Shown here: piece by piece, positions 59,539-64,000 of the stretch | Layout of the letters: every line of letters starts with the position of its first letter | How positions within the stretch are numbered: the first letter of the stretch is position 1 | Source: Massalongia carnosa | Lineage: Eukaryota | Assembly: GCA_965645245.1 (NCBI GenBank) | Contig: OZ287087.1 | Span: 248,001-312,000, forward strand | Direction: 5' to 3' | DNA length: 64,000 bases | Notes under the pieces: generated by a model | Databases searched by the model: none | Seen by the model: the letters and a program-made list of their open reading frames with translations, nothing else | What the model was told of the DNA's origin: nothing | Position numbers and translations under genes: made by a program

Positions 59539-61428
59539 GTTAGCGTGTTGCAAATGGGGGTGTGTTGCAAATGGGGGTGGGTTGCAAATGGGGGTGGGTT
59601 GCAAATGGGGGTGTGTTGCAAATGGGGGTGTGTTGCAAATGGGGGTGGGTTGCAAATGGGGGTGTGTTGCAAATGGGGGTGAATACGAGTAGCAGAAACG
59701 TTACTCGCGGAAGGTCCCGAGTGATCACATGTACGCCTGTTATGCTTGAAAATTGAGCATCTCATCCTCTGCTTTGATAAATCAAATCGTTTTCTTCTCT
59801 CACGTCTGATTTTTGGGCGACCAGCCTGGACTACAAATTCTGGTGGTTTCACATCGGCCGCTGCGAGAACATTGAGATCAATAGGTTGTAAAAATGACTG
59901 GTATGTTGCCTTGTACTCAGCGATTGTAAAGATGGGACTGACAAAATCCTCAGGTTCTCTTTCTTGCTTTATACACAACGCAACGGCATGATCACATGGC
60001 ATCTCATAATCCTGAAAATCATGACAAGTGCACGTCTTGGCTTCCAGATCCACGATGTGATGACTTCCAGTACCAGTAGTGACGATACCGCAGAAAGGAC
60101 GAGAATTTTGAACAGTATACTCGGCCGATTGTTTCCGTCCATTTTGAATCCATCTCCAGGCATAATCAGTGACTCTGTCTGTCTTGTGTCCAAGCTTGTG
60201 CCGTTCATAAAGTTTGTCCATGCATTGGTTCCAAATCTGATGGAGACAAAGCAATGCGGGCATGTGACATGCCTCCAGCCAAATATTATTTTGCGACTCT
60301 TGAGCATTAGAACATAATTGACCATATCGAGGACGAGGAAAAGCATATACAGCCCACTGCTCTGGAGGTATGTCTTCAATATAACCCGCGCAATTAGGTC
60401 TCATCGCTCTAATTCTGTTGAGTATAGTGTTGAATTTTGCCTGTGTTTTAGCTTTGGCCGCATCCCCGAAAAGATTCCGATATTGTCTTCTTCCATTTTT
60501 AATCGACATTGTCTCCGAGATGTTTGCAACAATGAGCACTTAAAGCGACAGGGAAATGATCAGATACTGCATGTTTGATACCTTTGTTGCGATCACTAAT
60601 AATCACCACTTGTCGTCCCGAGCGAAATCGAATTTGATACCTTTGTTGCGATCACTAATAATCACCACTTGTCGTCCCGAGCGAAATCGAATATATAATG
60701 CCATTACCCGTAAAAAATAGATCCAGTTATCTTTGTTCTCGATTGGGACCAATGCCCACGCCAGTTCCAATACCTGGTTGTTACCGTCTTGAGTAACAAG
60801 AGACAAGATCACAAGCCCGTCCGATGTCTTGCAAGCGGTACCTTCACACTGAAGCACCGAACGACAATGACGAAAAGCACGCTCAGTCGCCTTTGGCAGT
60901 ACCCAATATCGTTTGAAACACCCGTTCTCATCTAGCTCCAGATTTGTCCATGCTGTTCGTGTATTGTTTTGTTCTTCGCATGTGGACAAGAATGCAGGTA
61001 TATATTGAAAGCTTTGCTTAATATTGCCAAACCGCTTAATCTTGAGAAACTCTTTTGTGCGCCACATCGCAATATAGTTTGTGTTGTTTCCTCGACTGGA
61101 AGTCTCGACGGTCATTAAATGCCTCGATTTAACCCGCTGATCAGATTGCACAAGCGCTTGATTTGTCTTGTTGGTGGCTAAATACTGAACAGCATTGCTA
61201 CCTGAATGGCCGGAGTGGTTCGATATGGCACAGGTATGAGGGATCATTTTACTGAGTTTCCCTGATCTAATGTCAGTATTTCTTTGTCTTAGCTCTTATA
61301 CATTTATGTATTACATCTCCCAGTTTTGTTGGACAAGCTGGCTCTGATTCGAAAGTCACAATGATCGCACTTAACTAGATATCTATTCTTCTCGGCCTTC
61401 TCAACACGCCATGACTCGCCCTTGCTTG
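59539..61428 (-). mobile_element. MULE transposase pseudogene, copy 2 (inverted, 5'-truncated by an LTR)
   Basis: Reverse complement of 50948-51338 joined to 55565-57075; carries the empty TA site CAAGATTAAGCGG and the same 59-bp duplication. Confidence 0.92.
59546..59681. repeat. Subterminal minisatellite 8 x 17 bp of MULE copy 2 (three variant units)
   Basis: TGTTGCAAATGGGGGTG units; three have GGTTGC. Confidence 0.93.
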
Positions 61429-61592
61429 TATCAAAAGGCAGTATAGTAGATAGAGGATAGAACGCTTGCTTTTGTTCTATATAGTGGGAATAGCTAGATT
61501 TATAGACAATGTACGGTATCCTAGTATTAGACTAGCGATACGTCTAGCCATTAGCGTGCGCCATACTCGGTGAGTGCGGCTGAAATGAAGTA
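61429..61592 (-). mobile_element. Partial LTR of the C2 copia family
   Basis: Closely matches 24850-25024 (TCAAAAGG...GGCTGAAATGAAGTA), with a small deletion. Confidence 0.88.
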
Positions 61593-63050
61593 ATCGTGCC
61601 ACGCCTCACCCCTAGCGGGGGTGCTGGCCACCCAAATGACGTACACCACCCATATGACGTTTTTTTCGATTTTTGACTTCTACTATTCAACGATCACCAT
61701 TCAACAACACAATGCCTACCAATTATGAAGAATTGGAGCATCATATTCAGGATGCCCCTGGATGCTATTGGCGATGGCGAATACCGCTTTGCAACCGATG
61801 CTGCCGTCGCATTCAACGTCAAAGTCAGAACTCTTCAGAGACGCATTGCTGGAACCCATACTTCCTTCTTTGAACGTGAGCCTCATGGTCATGCTCTAAC
61901 TGACGATCAAAGAGGTGCAATAGTCATATATTTGACACGAACTGGATGAACTATCGATTTCTGCGCGCATCAGGCATCTGCGGGGTGCAGCAAATTACCT
62001 TCTTGCTCAGGCGAATCCTGTCGATCCTCCCCGAGTCGGACAGCACTGGCCAGCACGATTTCTAGCTCAGCACCCTCAATTTCAAAGGAGGAAGCAGACA
62101 CCTCTTGCAGTCGAAAGGAAGACCTCCCTTACAAACGATGTTGCAAAGGCTTACTTCCATGAATTTCGTCAAATTTGTCACGAGAAGGGGATCGGACCCG
62201 AAGATATTTGGAACATGGACGAGTCAGACTTTCGGATAGGCGTTGGTAGGGGTCATACTGTCATCACATTGCTTGCCAAAGGTCCTGTTCGTGTTACTGA
62301 TCCGGGTGTACGTGATCTGATCAGTGACGTTGAAAGTATTAGTGGTGGAGGAGTGACGATTCCTCCGATGCTCATCGTGCCCGGAGGTTATATTCTAAAT
62401 AAATGGGTGCAAGAAAACGACCTCGACGACGATATACTGCTTGCTACTACTTCCTCTGGGTATTCCGATGATGTTAAGGCTTATGAGTAGATACAGCACT
62501 TTGAAAAACATAGTCGGAAGACTCAGGTAGGTGGCTGGAGACTCCTCATCATGGACAATTATGGATCTCATCTTACATACGAATTTATTGAGTACTGCAA
62601 TCACAAGAATATCATCTTGTTCGGTCTTCCCCCGCATTCTACACATGTTACTCAGCCATTGGATGTGGGAATATTTCAGCCCATGAAGCACTATCATTCC
62701 GATGTAATTGAGGATGCTGTTCGACTCGGGAGCGATAATTTCAATAAACAAGACTTTTTTGCCGCTTTCACAGCCATGCGAGCAAAGGCCTTTACTAGAT
62801 CAAATCTTCTATCGGCCTTCGAACACACTGGTCTAATTCCTTACTCACCCAAGATAGTGCTAGATAAAATAAGTGGCTGGCAACCCCCTTCAAAGGAGAC
62901 ATCTCCGGACCCCTTCGGCTCGTCACCATCCTTTCAAGGCACTCCACATGGTCCTAAGCAGTTGTTTAGACGCGGAAGGGAGTTACAGAGAGGTCTAGAA
63001 GACTTTTATCTGCCCGAGGATCGTCGTAAAAAGATGGATCAATATTTTCG
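61593..63050 (+). mobile_element. pogo/Fot1-family transposon, degenerate and 3'-truncated
   Basis: HTH (AAVAFNVKVRTLQRR), WNMDESDFRIG, LIMDNYGSH and TQPLDVG, broken by a frameshift and a stop. Right TIR not seen. Confidence 0.82.
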
Positions 63051-63759
63051 TCCGAGACCTAAACGTAGGTTGTTCATAGAATAAAGACCATAGAATAAAG
63101 ACTAATTGCTAACGAATACTACAGGATTCGTTCTGGTATTTATCCTACTCACCCCAAGCCTATAGCCTTGGGAGCCTTGGAACCTTAGGAGCCTTGCAAT
63201 CCACTTCTGACCTTATCGCCTTACATCTAACCATCCCTCAGGATCCATCTACGAACTCGGCGTTCGCTGGATCATCTAGTCAGCCTCGAGCAGCCTTCTA
63301 GACCTTCCCTTGCAAGGTAGAACACTTCTACCTCCGGCTAGATCCCTCACTACATTGCTAGCCTGCCTCTAAACATAAAGTCTAGACGCCGAGGCTATGT
63401 AGCTTCATTTCGCCGTCACCACTACCAACGTAGCGGTGGAAGGTTACCTCCGACTGAATCTCTATCTACACTGCGGACCTGCCTCTAGACACAAGGTCTA
63501 GACCACAAGGTCATGTAGGTTCATTCAGCCGACATCACTACCAACGTAGCAATAAAGGTTGAAGCTGAATTTTACACCGGGGAGGCCGAGCTCAAGCTGC
63601 GTCCAGCTAGCCGTGCCTCCTGCTACAACTCTTGATCCATCAAGAGATCGAGTAGCTCCGACTAGGCCAGTAGATTCCATATAGAGTTCACGGCTTCTCC
63701 ACAGGAGTTCGCCTTACTCCATGGCAATCTACCACCACGGCCTCGACAGGTGTTTGATC

Positions 63760-64000
63760 TGTAAGCAGTCTAGAACGTAGTAACAACTAATTCGGAGTTG
63801 TGTGGCAAGGTGGCGTCGTGTCAGCCTCGACGGCTATGCGACTAAGTACTACGGCCTGGCTCATGCTAGTTAATCCCGCAACCGCCGTAGGCGATCACGT
63901 ATCCTTCTAGCGCCATCCGTATTACAATTGCCCCCCCTCTAGGACGCGAGCTCCGCCGAGCGTGTAGTGGATAGTAACGACACGTTAGGTGGGTGGTATG
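63760..64000 (-). mobile_element. Probable 3' LTR (63760-63926) and PPT of a further LTR retrotransposon extending beyond the window
   Basis: TGTAA...TTACA termini followed by ATTGCCCCCCCTCT (purine tract on minus), the same layout as at 3930. Confidence 0.55.

Noticed and set aside
63051..63759. Probable retroelement LTR/leader remnant with a diverged ~120-bp duplication
   Set aside because: No boundaries, TSD or coding motif could be fixed, so it is not called as a feature.
1..64000. Starship, Helitron or CRISPR system carrying the cluster
   Set aside because: No tyrosine-recombinase captain, Rep/helicase or repeat-spacer array is recognisable in this window; a larger element cannot be excluded.

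Overview
Filamentous-ascomycete DNA: spliceosomal GT-AG introns, a Zn2Cys6 regulator and fungal transposon families. The centre (27.5-50.0 kb) is an apparently intact five-gene secondary-metabolite island. It holds a ~2,991-aa highly reducing PKS that stops right after a condensation domain (KS-AT-DH-cMT-ER0-KR-ACP-C) and a divergently transcribed stand-alone ~1,347-aa NRPS module (vestigial C lobe-A-T-R with degenerate reductase motifs). A 14-TM-type MFS exporter, a LovC-type trans-enoylreductase and a Zn2Cys6 transcription factor complete it. Together these look like a PKS-NRPS hybrid assembly line split over two genes sharing one bidirectional promoter, which is the main candidate for an undescribed system. 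Both flanks are dense nests of transposons: a chromovirus, three Ty1/copia elements, a Tad1-like LINE, five Tc1/IS630 elements, four pogo/Fot1 elements and two MULE copies. Several have unusual structure: a long-TIR Tc1-like element carrying a second gene, two different Tc1 elements fused inside one TA site, a MULE palindrome with homogenised inner arms, and LTR elements whose two flanks belong to different hosts. All coordinates and intron models were read by eye; no database searches were run.
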